64,000 bases of DNA from Bdellovibrionales bacterium (GTDB lineage: Bacteria; Bdellovibrionota; UBA1018; CAIMNF01), in contig JBEIJY010000004.1 in assembly GCA_040380025.1 (NCBI GenBank), positions 45,851 through 109,850 of the forward strand, in the 5' to 3' direction. Positions 35,368-45,055 of the stretch are shown piece by piece (within the stretch, counting starts at the first letter, position 1; each line of letters starts with the position of its first letter). Under the pieces are notes generated by a model that was not told the origin of the DNA, ran no database searches, and saw only the letters and a list, made by a program, of their open reading frames with translations. The translations under genes were made by a program, and so were the position numbers.

Positions 35368-38196
35368 GTGACCCCTGAAATCCAACCTGATCTTAGGAAC
35401 TTCGAATACCTGAAAAGCATTCACGCCGGGTACATCGAGGACCTCTACCAGAGCTACCAAAAGGATCCCGAATCGGTCGATCCTTCGTGGAGATACTTTT
35501 TTGACGGCATCTACCTCGGAGAGGTCACGACCTTGGTCGAAGCGGCCTCGGCCGTGCAAGCCGAGGGCGGTCTTCGCACCGGCTCGATGACGGGCGAAGA
35601 GCTCGAGCGCGAGCTGCGCGCATACCAACTGATCGAGGCGTACCGCGAGCACGGGCATCTTTTGGCGCGAGTGAATCCGCTTGAGGAATTTGTGCCATCC
35701 GTTCCCGAGCTGGAGCTCTCGCGCTTCGGCTTCGCCGATTCCGACCTCGACGAGACCTTTCATGCCGCAAAATTCGCGGGCCTCGGCGCCTGCACCCTGC
35801 GGGTGCTGATCGAAACCCTGAAGGCAGTATACGCCGGACCGGTCGGCATCGAGCTTTTTCATCTGCAGGCGGGAGCGGAGCGCGAGTTCATCCAGACCCG
35901 CTTTGAGTCGCTTCGCGGAAATTACTCCGTGCCGGCGGACGATAAAAAATTCATTCTGAAGCGCCTGACCGAGAGCGAGACGCTCGAACGCTTCATTCAC
36001 ACCCGTTATGTGGCCCAAAAACGGTTTTCGATCGAGGGCGGAGAAGCCCTGATTCCCGGACTTGATTCGGTGATCGAAACCGCAAGCGAGCTCGGCGCCG
36101 AAGAAGTGGTGTTCGGCATGGCCCACCGGGGCCGCCTGAACGTGCTCGTGAACACGCTTCGAAAAAATCCCGAGACGCTGTTTGCCGAGTTCGACGACAA
36201 CTACCGCCTTTCGACCGACCACGGCGAAGGCGATGTGAAGTACCACAAGGGCCACTCGCTCGATCACACGACCCGCAAGGGACGGCCCGTGCATCTTACG
36301 ATGGGATTCAACCCCTCGCACTTGGAGTTCATCAACCCCGTGGTCATGGGCATGACCCGCGCCAAACAAAAACAGCGCGGGGATTCCACCCGCTCGAAGG
36401 TGCTGTCGGTGCTCATGCACGGCGATGCCGCATTCGCGGGCCAGGGCGTGGTGTACGAGAGCATCCAGGCCTCGCGGCTCGAGGCCTACTCGGTCGGCGG
36501 CACGATTCATATCATCTCGAACAACCAGGTCGGCTTCACGACCGATCCGAAGGACGCGCGCTCGACCCGCTACTGCACCGATCTTGCCAAGGCATTCGAA
36601 TGCCCGGTGTTCCATGTGAACGGCGACGACCCCGAGGCGCTCTGGATCACCCTCAAGATCGCGACGGAATTCAGGTATTTGTTCAAAAAGGACGTGTTCA
36701 TCGACCTCTTGTGCTACCGCAAGTACGGCCACAACGAGGGCGACGAGCCTTCGTTCACCCAGCCCGGCTTGTATCAAAAAATCACCCGCAAGCCCGGCCC
36801 GCGCGAGACCTACGCGAACCGACTTGCCGCCGAGAACGTGATGTCGGCGGAGGATGCGAAGCTCCTGATCGAGCTTGCGCAGGATCCGCTCGCGCGTGCG
36901 CTCGAGAGAGTCCGCGCCGAGAAGCCCGAGCCCGGGTACTCGGAATACGAAGGCCCCTACTGGTCGAAGTACCGCCCCGGACACAAAGAAGACTTGCTGA
37001 AGCCCGTGAAAACCGGCGTCAGCGCGAGCGAGCTCATCACGATCTCGAAAAAGATCAATCGCTTTCCGACCGGATTCCAAGTGCATCCCAAGCTCGAGCG
37101 CCTCTTCGAGGGCCGCATCCAGGCTGTCGAGAACGGCAAGGGAATCGACTGGGGGAATGCCGAGGTGCTCGCCTATGCGACCCTCGTGAACGAGGGAACG
37201 GCGGTCCGGATGACCGGACAGGACGTGCGTCGCGGGACCTTCACCCACCGTCATGCCGCGGCCGTGGATTTTCAGACGAACGAGTCCCACATCGGCATGA
37301 ACACGCTCCATTCGAGCGCGCGGATCTCGATTCACAACTCGCACCTGTCTGAAACCGCCGTGATGGGAATTGAGTTCGGCTACTCGTTGGCCGATCCCGA
37401 TTCGCTGGTGGTCTGGGAAGCGCAGTTCGGAGATTTTGCGAACGGCGCGCAGGTGATCATCGATCAGTTCCTCGCCACCTCGGAATCGAAGTGGCACCGC
37501 GCCTCGGGACTGACACTTCTTTTGCCGCACGGATTCGAAGGCCAGGGCCCCGAGCACTCCTCGGCGCGGCTCGAGCGGTTTTTGCAGCTCTGCGGAAAAG
37601 ACAACATGACCGTTGCTTATCCGACCACTCCGGCGCAGGTGTTTCATCTGCTCCGCCGTCAGGTGAAGCGCGACTTCCGCAAGCCTCTCGTGGTCATGAC
37701 CCCGAAGAGCTTGCTCCGTCACCCGAAAGCCGTCTCGACCCTGAACGAGCTCACGGACCAGTATTTTCAGGAGGTGCTCGATGATGCTGTTCATGCGAGT
37801 CCCGAGACCTCATCGGAAGTGAAGCGGATCATGATCTGCAGCGGGAAGATTTATTACGAGCTCCTCGAGGAGCGCGAAAAGCGGAATGACTCGCGTGTTG
37901 CGATCGTGCGCCTCGAGCAATTCCACCCTTGGCCGGAACAGCAACTGGCCGGCGTGATCGAAAAATACCGGAACGCCCGCGAGGTGTTTTTTGTGCAAGA
38001 AGAGCCCCGGAACATGGGCGCATGGCAGTATTTTTCGGGCATGTGGTCGGGAGCGCTCTCGAACTTCGGCGCGCGGTTTCCCAGCCTCGGGCTCACCTAT
38101 GTGGGACGCGAGATCTGCGCCTCTCCCGCCGTGGGCTCGAAGAAGCTTCACGACAAAGAACAACAAGAAATCATTCTGAAAGCATTTCAAGATTAG
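35368..38196 (+). CDS. sucA: 2-oxoglutarate dehydrogenase E1
   Basis: KRFSIEGGE, GMAHRGRLN, HGDAAFAGQG, GHNEGDEP, WEAQFGDFANGAQ. Confidence 0.97.
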   Translation: MTPEIQPDLRNFEYLKSIHAGYIEDLYQSYQKDPESVDPSWRYFFDGIYLGEVTTLVEAASAVQAEGGLRTGSMTGEELERELRAYQLIEAYREHGHLLARVNPLEEFVPSVPELELSRFGFADSDLDETFHAAKFAGLGACTLRVLIETLKAVYAGPVGIELFHLQAGAEREFIQTRFESLRGNYSVPADDKKFILKRLTESETLERFIHTRYVAQKRFSIEGGEALIPGLDSVIETASELGAEEVVFGMAHRGRLNVLVNTLRKNPETLFAEFDDNYRLSTDHGEGDVKYHKGHSLDHTTRKGRPVHLTMGFNPSHLEFINPVVMGMTRAKQKQRGDSTRSKVLSVLMHGDAAFAGQGVVYESIQASRLEAYSVGGTIHIISNNQVGFTTDPKDARSTRYCTDLAKAFECPVFHVNGDDPEALWITLKIATEFRYLFKKDVFIDLLCYRKYGHNEGDEPSFTQPGLYQKITRKPGPRETYANRLAAENVMSAEDAKLLIELAQDPLARALERVRAEKPEPGYSEYEGPYWSKYRPGHKEDLLKPVKTGVSASELITISKKINRFPTGFQVHPKLERLFEGRIQAVENGKGIDWGNAEVLAYATLVNEGTAVRMTGQDVRRGTFTHRHAAAVDFQTNESHIGMNTLHSSARISIHNSHLSETAVMGIEFGYSLADPDSLVVWEAQFGDFANGAQVIIDQFLATSESKWHRASGLTLLLPHGFEGQGPEHSSARLERFLQLCGKDNMTVAYPTTPAQVFHLLRRQVKRDFRKPLVVMTPKSLLRHPKAVSTLNELTDQYFQEVLDDAVHASPETSSEVKRIMICSGKIYYELLEEREKRNDSRVAIVRLEQFHPWPEQQLAGVIEKYRNAREVFFVQEEPRNMGAWQYFSGMWSGALSNFGARFPSLGLTYVGREICASPAVGSKKLHDKEQQEIILKAFQD

Positions 38197-38205
38197 GAGA
38201 ACCCC

Positions 38206-39435
38206 ATGAAACACGACATCCTTGCCCCGCTCGTCGGGGAATCGATCACCGAAGTCAGCATCCTGAAGTGGAACAAAAAGAACGGCGAGGCCGTGCGCTC
38301 GGGAGATGTCCTGCTCGAGATCGAGTCGGACAAAGCCACCGTCGAGATCGTCGCCGAATACTCGGGCGCGCTCACCATTGTGAAGGGCGACGGAGAGCGC
38401 GTTGCCGTGAAGTCGGTGATCGCGTTCATCGATGATGCGGCAACCGGAACGACCGCCGCTCCGCCCGCGCCGAAAGCCGCGAGCACAGGTGCCAAAACCC
38501 CGCCTCCTCCGCCGGTTTCAAAACCCGTAAGCTCTTCTGCGGGTTCTACTGCTTCGGAAGTGCTGAGCCCGGCCGTGCGGAAGGCCGTGGTCGAGAACAA
38601 CGTGAACCCCTCGCAAATCCAGGGTACGGGCAAAGACGGAAGACTGCTGAAGGGCGACGTCATGGCGTTCATCGCCTCGGGCGGCGCGCGCTCGGCCCCG
38701 ACTGCGGCGGCCCTCCCCCAGCCCCAGGACAAACCGGGCGATCGCAGGGTTCCGATGCCGTCGATTCGCCGAAGAATCGCCGAGCGATTGGTGTTCGCCC
38801 AGCATACGGCGGCGATTCTGACGACCTTCAACGAGGTCGACATGAAGCCCGTTCAGGACATGCGCGCCCAGCACAAAGAAGCCTTCGAGAAGAAGTACGG
38901 CGTGAAGCTCTCGTTCATGTCGTTCTTTACCCGCGCCTGCACGCTGGCGCTGAAGCAACTGCCCGCGGTGAATGCCTCGATCGACGGAAGCGACATTGTT
39001 TATCATGACTACTGCGACATGGGCATTGCGGTCGGAACCGAGCGCGGACTGGTCGTCCCGGTCGTGCGCGGAGCCGACAAGATGAGCTTTGCCGAGATCG
39101 AAAAGGCGATCGGCGAACTTGCCCTGAAGGCCCGCAACAACAAGCTCTCGATTGCCGATATGTCGGGCGGCACCTTTACGATCTCGAATGGAGGCACCTA
39201 CGGTTCGCTTCTTTCGACCCCGATTCTGAACCCGCCGCAAAGCGGGATCCTCGGAATGCACAAGATCATGGACCGTCCGGTCGTGGTGAACGGAAAGATC
39301 GAGATCCGTCCGATGATGTATCTTGCGCTTTCGTACGACCACCGGATCATCGACGGCAAAGAAGCGGTGACCTTCCTCGTGACTTTGAAGGACTTGCTCG
39401 AGAACCCCGCGAAGCTCGGACTCGACTTCGCGTAA
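38206..39435 (+). CDS. sucB: Dihydrolipoamide succinyltransferase E2
   Basis: Lipoyl [29 protein letters not shown]. Confidence 0.96.
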   Translation: MKHDILAPLVGESITEVSILKWNKKNGEAVRSGDVLLEIESDKATVEIVAEYSGALTIVKGDGERVAVKSVIAFIDDAATGTTAAPPAPKAASTGAKTPPPPPVSKPVSSSAGSTASEVLSPAVRKAVVENNVNPSQIQGTGKDGRLLKGDVMAFIASGGARSAPTAAALPQPQDKPGDRRVPMPSIRRRIAERLVFAQHTAAILTTFNEVDMKPVQDMRAQHKEAFEKKYGVKLSFMSFFTRACTLALKQLPAVNASIDGSDIVYHDYCDMGIAVGTERGLVVPVVRGADKMSFAEIEKAIGELALKARNNKLSIADMSGGTFTISNGGTYGSLLSTPILNPPQSGILGMHKIMDRPVVVNGKIEIRPMMYLALSYDHRIIDGKEAVTFLVTLKDLLENPAKLGLDFA

Positions 39436-39451
39436 GAGAGGGAATTCCACC

Positions 39452-40861
39452 ATGGAGACATTTGATTTGATCGTGATCGGCGGCGGCCCCGCCGGATATG
39501 TGGCCGCAATCCGGGCCTCCCAGCTCGGCATGAAAACCGTGTGCGTCGAGAAGCGCGCCTCGCTCGGCGGAACCTGCCTGAACGTGGGGTGCATTCCCTC
39601 GAAGGCCCTGCTCGATTCGAGCGAGCACTTCTCGCTTGCGCGCTACAAGTTCAAGAAGCACGGAATCGAGATGAGCGACCTCAAGATGAACGTGCCGCAG
39701 ATGATCGCGCGCAAAAATGAAGTGGTGAAGCAACTCACCCAGGGCATTGCGGGATTGTTCAAAAAGAACAAAATCGAGTGGGCCCAAGGCTACGGCCGGT
39801 TTGCCGGACTTGAAGGAACCAAAAAGATCGTCGAAGTGGACGGCCCCGTGAAGCGCACGTTTGCGGCCGAGAAGGTGCTGATCGCAACCGGAAGCGAGGC
39901 AATTGAACTTCCGAACCTGAAGTTCGACGGCAAGACCGTGATCTCGTCGACCGAGGCGCTTGAGCTCCAGTCAGTGCCAGGCCACCTTGCCGTGGTCGGC
40001 GGAGGCGTGATCGGGCTTGAGATGGGCTCGGTATGGAGCCGCTTGGGCGCGAAGGTGACGGTGATCGAGTTTGCCGACAAGATCTTGAGCGTGATGGACC
40101 AGCAGATTGCGGCCGAGGCGAAAAAATCGCTCACGAAGCAGGGCCTGGAGTTCCGCATGAATACCCAGGCGCTGGGCGCGAGCGATTCGGGCAATAAAAA
40201 AGTTCTTGAGGTCATGGACCGCGCCACCGGCGCCAAAGACACGATCGAGTGCGATGTGATTCTGGTTGCGACCGGACGCCGCCCGTTCACCGACGGGCTG
40301 AATCTTGAGAGCATTCACCTTAAGGCAAACGAAAAAGGCCGCGTGGACATCGATGAACACTTCGAGACCGCGGTAAAAGGCGTTTACGCGGTCGGCGACT
40401 GCGTGCAGGGCCCGATGCTCGCCCACAAGGCCGAAGAAGAGGGCATGGCGGCGGTCGAGATCATGGCCGGACAAGCAGGCCATGTGAACTACCATACGAT
40501 TCCCTGGATTGTGTACACCTGGCCTGAGATCGCAGGCGTCGGCCACACCGAAGAGGAACTGAAGGCCAAGGGCATCGAGTACAAGGTCGGGTCGTTTCCG
40601 TTTTTGGCGAACGGCCGAGCAAAGGCGATGGATGAGTCCGAGGGACTCGTGAAGCTGTTGGCCGATGCGAAGACGGACCGGCTTTTGGGGATGCACATTT
40701 TCGGCCCCCGGGCCTCGGACCTGATCGCCGAGGGCTCGACGGTTCTGGAATACGGCGGCTCGGCCGAAGACGTGGCCCGGACCTGCCATGCCCACCCGAC
40801 CCTCTCGGAGGCGGTCAAAGAAGCCGCCCTTGCGGTCGACGGGCGGCGGATTCATTTGTAA
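39452..40861 (+). CDS. lpdA: Dihydrolipoamide dehydrogenase E3 (OGDH operon)
   Basis: GGGPAGY, GGTCLNVGCIPSK, HAHPTLSE. Confidence 0.96.
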   Translation: METFDLIVIGGGPAGYVAAIRASQLGMKTVCVEKRASLGGTCLNVGCIPSKALLDSSEHFSLARYKFKKHGIEMSDLKMNVPQMIARKNEVVKQLTQGIAGLFKKNKIEWAQGYGRFAGLEGTKKIVEVDGPVKRTFAAEKVLIATGSEAIELPNLKFDGKTVISSTEALELQSVPGHLAVVGGGVIGLEMGSVWSRLGAKVTVIEFADKILSVMDQQIAAEAKKSLTKQGLEFRMNTQALGASDSGNKKVLEVMDRATGAKDTIECDVILVATGRRPFTDGLNLESIHLKANEKGRVDIDEHFETAVKGVYAVGDCVQGPMLAHKAEEEGMAAVEIMAGQAGHVNYHTIPWIVYTWPEIAGVGHTEEELKAKGIEYKVGSFPFLANGRAKAMDESEGLVKLLADAKTDRLLGMHIFGPRASDLIAEGSTVLEYGGSAEDVARTCHAHPTLSEAVKEAALAVDGRRIHL

Positions 40862-40925
40862 TCAGATCAATATGGTAGCAGACCGTTGTTGCCGGCGAGC
40901 TGGACCACATCCTACGATTGGGTCC

Positions 40926-42764
40926 TCATGGTTTCGCCGGACGCAGGGGTAGCGGAGGAAGCGGACCTGGCGGAACTCTCGTTGTGGTGGGTCGAACCGG
41001 GGGAACAAGTTCACCCGTCTGACCGTCCACGCGAACAAGAACAGGGTCTTTTCCGTCGACATTCGATGCATTCGGAAGATAGTAGCGATTCGACCCGTTT
41101 TGCTCCGAGATGAAGCGAGTGGTGTAGCCTGCGCAGACCACATCGCCGGCTTTCGAAACCGCAACACCCAAGCACCTATTATCTCCAGAGTTTTGAGTAT
41201 ACAAGAAGTTGGGGTCAGTGCCTTGGGTCACCAATGCCTTGCTCGTGGCTCCCAACTGTCTGCCCCAAAGGGGAACGCCGTTCCGGTCGAGTTTGACTAT
41301 GGTCATATTTTGGCTAAAGGTGTTGGCAGGCAACCCGGGGGAAGGAGCTTCGGCAAAAACGCCGGTGGTGAATCCTGAAGCGTATACGTTGTCATTCGAA
41401 TCCACAGTAACGCCAAAGAAAAAATTGCTGAGTTGGTTTGCTCCGGCAGGGGCCCCTGGGACTCGTGTATTCGCCCCGAATTGTCGCGACCATAATATGT
41501 TCCCCCCGGGGTTGAGTTTCATGACAAATGCATCAGAATAGCCGCCTGTGGGTTCTGCTAGGGTGCCCTCTGTGCTTCCGACGCAATACACATTGCCTCT
41601 ACGATCGACGGCAACTCCACTGCAAACTCCATTGAATAAATTCGGGTCCAAGTTCGCCGGAGCACCTGGAACGTAGGTGACAGCACCGAGTTGAACAAGC
41701 CAAGTCTCGGTCGATGGGGGCGGTAAAAACTGACCCGTATCAGCACTGAGCCTCAGTACGAATGCGTCCGCCATGTTATTCGTATTCCCATTTCCCTCGC
41801 TCAAGTAACCTCTGGTGTAGCCTGCGCAATGCACAAACCGGCGGGAAGGACCAACGGTGCCGACTGCGACCGATTCACAGCGATCCTCACTGCGATTCGC
41901 AAGCAACGGGTCTGCGCCCGGGGCACGCGTCTCGGTGCCGAGCTGGGTGACCCAATCCACTTGGCCATTCGCCCGAAGGCGCATCAAAAAGACGTCACGG
42001 AATCCAGCATTGGGTTCCTTCAAAAAGCCGCTCGTATATCCTGCAGCATAAACTCGCCCCTCTCCATCAACGCTCACACCATTGACTACATCTTCCCCCT
42101 GCTTTGCCGTGTTGGCACCCGTTAGGCTGGGGTTGATTCCTGGAATTTGAGTCGAGGCGCCCAGTTGTCTTGCCCAAACGATCGCTCCATCGCTTTGTCT
42201 CAGCTTCAAGACGAATGCATCGGGACCTCCTGCAGACGCTTCTGCAAGAGCGCTAAGTGTTAATCCTCCGCAGTAAACACCTCCTTCTCGATCGACGGCA
42301 ACGCTATTGCAGACGTCAAATTCTTGATTCGCACTTGCGTAGAGAGGGTCCCATTGGGGTATGGCTTTGGTGTTGCGACCCAATTGGGTGATCCATAAAA
42401 TTTCGCCCTTGGGGCTGACCTTCATCACAAAGGCATCGCCGTAAAGCCCGCATACGAGACCTCCTGGAGGGCCGTTTGGCGCAGCGGGATGCGCATTTTC
42501 CTCGCCCAGGTTTCCGTAGGTTACCCCGCCACAATAGGAGTTTCCCTCCTCATCCACGGCCACGCCCCTGCATTCATCATACTTTTCGTTCGCTTTGATT
42601 GGAGCGTTCGGCCCGAGCGTCAGGGCTCCGAGCTGGACTGCGCTCCAAGTCATGGGTTGCGGAGTTTGGGCGAATGTTTTGGCTCCCAAGAAGACGCTTG
42701 CGATCCCCGCCCACACCGCGAGCATTCCCGGCCCAGTCCGAATTGGTTTCGTGAGGTCATCCAT
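40926..42764 (-). CDS. Secreted Cys-rich SBBP-type 7-bladed beta-propeller, paralog 3, with Pro-rich tail
   Basis: Same blade consensus (WSAVQLG, ECRGVAVD..SYCGG, DAFVMK); convergent with lpdA. Confidence 0.85.
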   Translation of the reverse strand: MDDLTKPIRTGPGMLAVWAGIASVFLGAKTFAQTPQPMTWSAVQLGALTLGPNAPIKANEKYDECRGVAVDEEGNSYCGGVTYGNLGEENAHPAAPNGPPGGLVCGLYGDAFVMKVSPKGEILWITQLGRNTKAIPQWDPLYASANQEFDVCNSVAVDREGGVYCGGLTLSALAEASAGGPDAFVLKLRQSDGAIVWARQLGASTQIPGINPSLTGANTAKQGEDVVNGVSVDGEGRVYAAGYTSGFLKEPNAGFRDVFLMRLRANGQVDWVTQLGTETRAPGADPLLANRSEDRCESVAVGTVGPSRRFVHCAGYTRGYLSEGNGNTNNMADAFVLRLSADTGQFLPPPSTETWLVQLGAVTYVPGAPANLDPNLFNGVCSGVAVDRRGNVYCVGSTEGTLAEPTGGYSDAFVMKLNPGGNILWSRQFGANTRVPGAPAGANQLSNFFFGVTVDSNDNVYASGFTTGVFAEAPSPGLPANTFSQNMTIVKLDRNGVPLWGRQLGATSKALVTQGTDPNFLYTQNSGDNRCLGVAVSKAGDVVCAGYTTRFISEQNGSNRYYLPNASNVDGKDPVLVRVDGQTGELVPPVRPTTTRVPPGPLPPLPLRPAKP

Positions 42765-42770
42765 GATCAA

Positions 42771-42800
42771 ATGATCTCAATACATACTAATTTAGTCAAC
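42771..42800 (-). promoter_or_regulatory. Shared promoter motif, copy 3
   Basis: Minus strand TTGACT-AAATTAGTATGTATTGA-GATCAT, 6 nt before ATG 42764. Confidence 0.55.
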
Positions 42801-42852
42801 AATTAGGGTGGGGTGTTCATTAAACCAAGATGAATCCCGCTAACATATTGAT

Positions 42853-42883
42853 CTGATTACAAATGAATCAAAATTGAGATCCT
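42853..42883 (+). promoter_or_regulatory. Shared promoter motif, copy 4 (divergent)
   Basis: CTGATTACAAATGAATCAAAATTGAGATCCT, 6 nt before ATG 42890. Confidence 0.5.
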
Positions 42884-42889
42884 GACGGC

Positions 42890-43164
42890 ATGAGCACTCC
42901 TCTTACGCTCGCCGATGCGTGCTCGAGAAATCTCACGACCTTCGCGGCCTTGGTCATTGCCTTCTGAGTAGCGGCGCCCTGGCTCTGGCTCACCGAAATT
43001 GAAAGAGAATCCATGCGGTCACAAAATGTGACCGCATGCAAATCCAGGACAAACAGATCGAAAAAAATTCAATCCGGATCTTCAAAATCGTTTTTGAACG
43101 CTTGGATCAATTGGAATTTCAAAAACCGGAACCATCCACTCCCAAAAGAAGAATCGGGATCTAG
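42890..43164 (+). pseudogene. Composite remnant: broken signal-peptide ORF followed by internally deleted ORF6N-domain gene fragments
   Basis: 25-codon ORF 42890..42967; LTEIERESMRSQNVTA (ORF6N-like) from 42989; IFKIVFERLDQLE..PKRRIGI* in another frame ending at 43164. Confidence 0.6.
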
Positions 43165-43218
43165 GGTCTTACTTTCTGGTTTCTTTGGAACCGAAAAGCG
43201 TTTATACCGAGCCCAATC

Positions 43219-43980
43219 ATGTCGCCTTTTGAGCAGGTTCCGCATTCGCCGTCCGAAATCGTCGTCGCCCGCAACGTGGCGAAGCGGTTTTCTGCGTTCG
43301 AAGCCCTGAAAAACGTGAACCTGACCGTCAAAAAGGGCGAAGTGGTGGTGATCATCGGTCCCTCCGGGTCCGGAAAAAGCACCTTCATCCGGACTTTGAA
43401 CCGCCTCGAGGACTTCGACTCGGGCGAGATTTTGATCAATGGCCTTGCTCTCGACCGGTCGAATCTGGGAAGCATCCGGAAGGACGTGGGCATGGTGTTT
43501 CAGAGCTTCAATCTCTTCCCGCACCTGACGGCGCTCGAGAACATCACCCTGGCCCCGATGAAGGTCAAGGGCCTCTCGAAGCCCGCTGCCGAGTCGCTTG
43601 CGATGGACCTCTTGAGACGCGTGGGGATATCCGAACAGGCGCACAAATACCCCTCGAGCCTCTCGGGCGGCCAACAGCAACGGGTGGCGATCGCGAGAGC
43701 GCTCGCCATGCAACCGAAAGTGATGCTGTTTGACGAGCCGACCTCGGCGCTCGATCCCGAGATGGTCAATGAAGTCCTGCAGGTCATGCGCGAGCTCGCC
43801 CTCTCGGGAATGACCATGATCGTGGTGACCCACGAGATGGGCTTTGCGCGCGAGGTGGCCGACCGCGTGGTGTTTTTTGATCAGGGCCAGATCCTCGAGG
43901 ACTCCCCGCCCGAGGTGTTCTTCAAGAGCCCGTCGCACGAGCGTGCGCGGAGCTTTCTCGGACAAATCCGTTCCTTTTGA
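43219..43980 (+). CDS. Polar amino-acid ABC transporter ATPase (GlnQ-like)
   Basis: [47 protein letters not shown]. Confidence 0.93.
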   Translation: MSPFEQVPHSPSEIVVARNVAKRFSAFEALKNVNLTVKKGEVVVIIGPSGSGKSTFIRTLNRLEDFDSGEILINGLALDRSNLGSIRKDVGMVFQSFNLFPHLTALENITLAPMKVKGLSKPAAESLAMDLLRRVGISEQAHKYPSSLSGGQQQRVAIARALAMQPKVMLFDEPTSALDPEMVNEVLQVMRELALSGMTMIVVTHEMGFAREVADRVVFFDQGQILEDSPPEVFFKSPSHERARSFLGQIRSF

Positions 43981-43987
43981 TTTCTAC

Positions 43988-44003
43988 TGGCACGGGACTT
44001 GTA
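43988..44003 (+). promoter_or_regulatory. Possible sigma54 (-24/-12) promoter before dprA
   Basis: TGGCACG-GGAC-TTGTA versus consensus TGGCACG-N4-TTGCW (C to T at -12). Confidence 0.4.
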
Positions 44004-44019
44004 AATAAAATCTCCGCGC

Positions 44020-44961
44020 ATGCAGATTCTTCGTGTTCCGACGCATGAACTTTCGGTTTTTCGAACGTTTGACGGGTACCCGATTCCGGAGTTCCTCGAG
44101 GTCCAAACCGCCTCGGCAACTCCCGCCTTGCTCGAGGAACTCCCCAACCTCGGGCTCGGCATCGTCGGTACCCGTCATCCCCAACAGCGCTCCCTGGAGC
44201 TTCTCGAAGCCTCGCTTCGAGGGCTCCGGGGCTCGCCCCTCGTGATTCTTTCGGGCTTTGCACGCGGAATCGACTCGGCCGCCCACTGGGGCGCGATTCA
44301 AAACGGACTGCGCACGATCGCGATTCTGGGATGCGGGATCGACATCGATTACCCTCGCGAAAACCGCTTTCTTCGCGAGTCGATTCTTCGTGCGGGTGGA
44401 ATGCTCCTCTCGCCCTTCGCCCGGGGAACGCCGCCGATGCCGCGGAATTTTCATGAGCGGAACGGCCTGATCGCGGGATTCTCGAAGGCGCTTTGGGTGG
44501 TCGAGGCGGCGGCGGTCTCGGGAACCCTGAATACCGCCTCGTGGGCGATGCGATTCAACCGGAACCTCTATGCGACCTCGTGCTTTCCGGCCGATCCGTT
44601 TTTTGAAGGGAACGAGAAGCTTTTGAGCCAGCGCAGGCCCGACGCGTACCCCGTGGCCGAGGGGTTCTTCGGGATTCATTCGCTCGAATCGACTTGGAGC
44701 GATCTCGGCAGCGCAGGAGGAATTCAAGAATCGCTTTCATTGGCGCACGAACCGCTGACGCAGTTCCAGTCATGGGCGCTCGAGATCAAGCACGAGTTCG
44801 GCGAATGCCGGGTGCAGGCCCTTTGGGGTCGGGCGCTGGAGCAGGGGGTAGGAGCCGGGAGCTTTTATCTGGCGCTAGAGCGCGAGATCGAAGCGGGGCT
44901 CTTGCGGCGCGACCAGGACGGCCGGATCGAGGTGGTGCGGCGGCGGACGGATGGCCGGTGA
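44020..44961 (+). CDS. dprA: DNA-processing protein DprA/Smf (N-terminally short)
   Basis: IVGTR, ILSGFARGIDSAAH, GCGIDIDYP, FHERNGLIAG, SGTLNTA. Confidence 0.88.
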   Translation: MQILRVPTHELSVFRTFDGYPIPEFLEVQTASATPALLEELPNLGLGIVGTRHPQQRSLELLEASLRGLRGSPLVILSGFARGIDSAAHWGAIQNGLRTIAILGCGIDIDYPRENRFLRESILRAGGMLLSPFARGTPPMPRNFHERNGLIAGFSKALWVVEAAAVSGTLNTASWAMRFNRNLYATSCFPADPFFEGNEKLLSQRRPDAYPVAEGFFGIHSLESTWSDLGSAGGIQESLSLAHEPLTQFQSWALEIKHEFGECRVQALWGRALEQGVGAGSFYLALEREIEAGLLRRDQDGRIEVVRRRTDGR

Positions 44962-45055
44962 GGGCGAGGCCGGACGACCCGGCTCGTAGGCTAAAACTCA
45001 TTCTAGTATGGCGCTGTCCCTGTTTGAGGCATCAACTCACTCTAAATTTCGGCCG

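Noticed and set aside
43013..43309. 98-aa ORF as an intact gene
   Set aside because: Only its first residues match the ORF6N-like motif; the rest is off-frame relative to the remnant and overlaps the ABC ATPase
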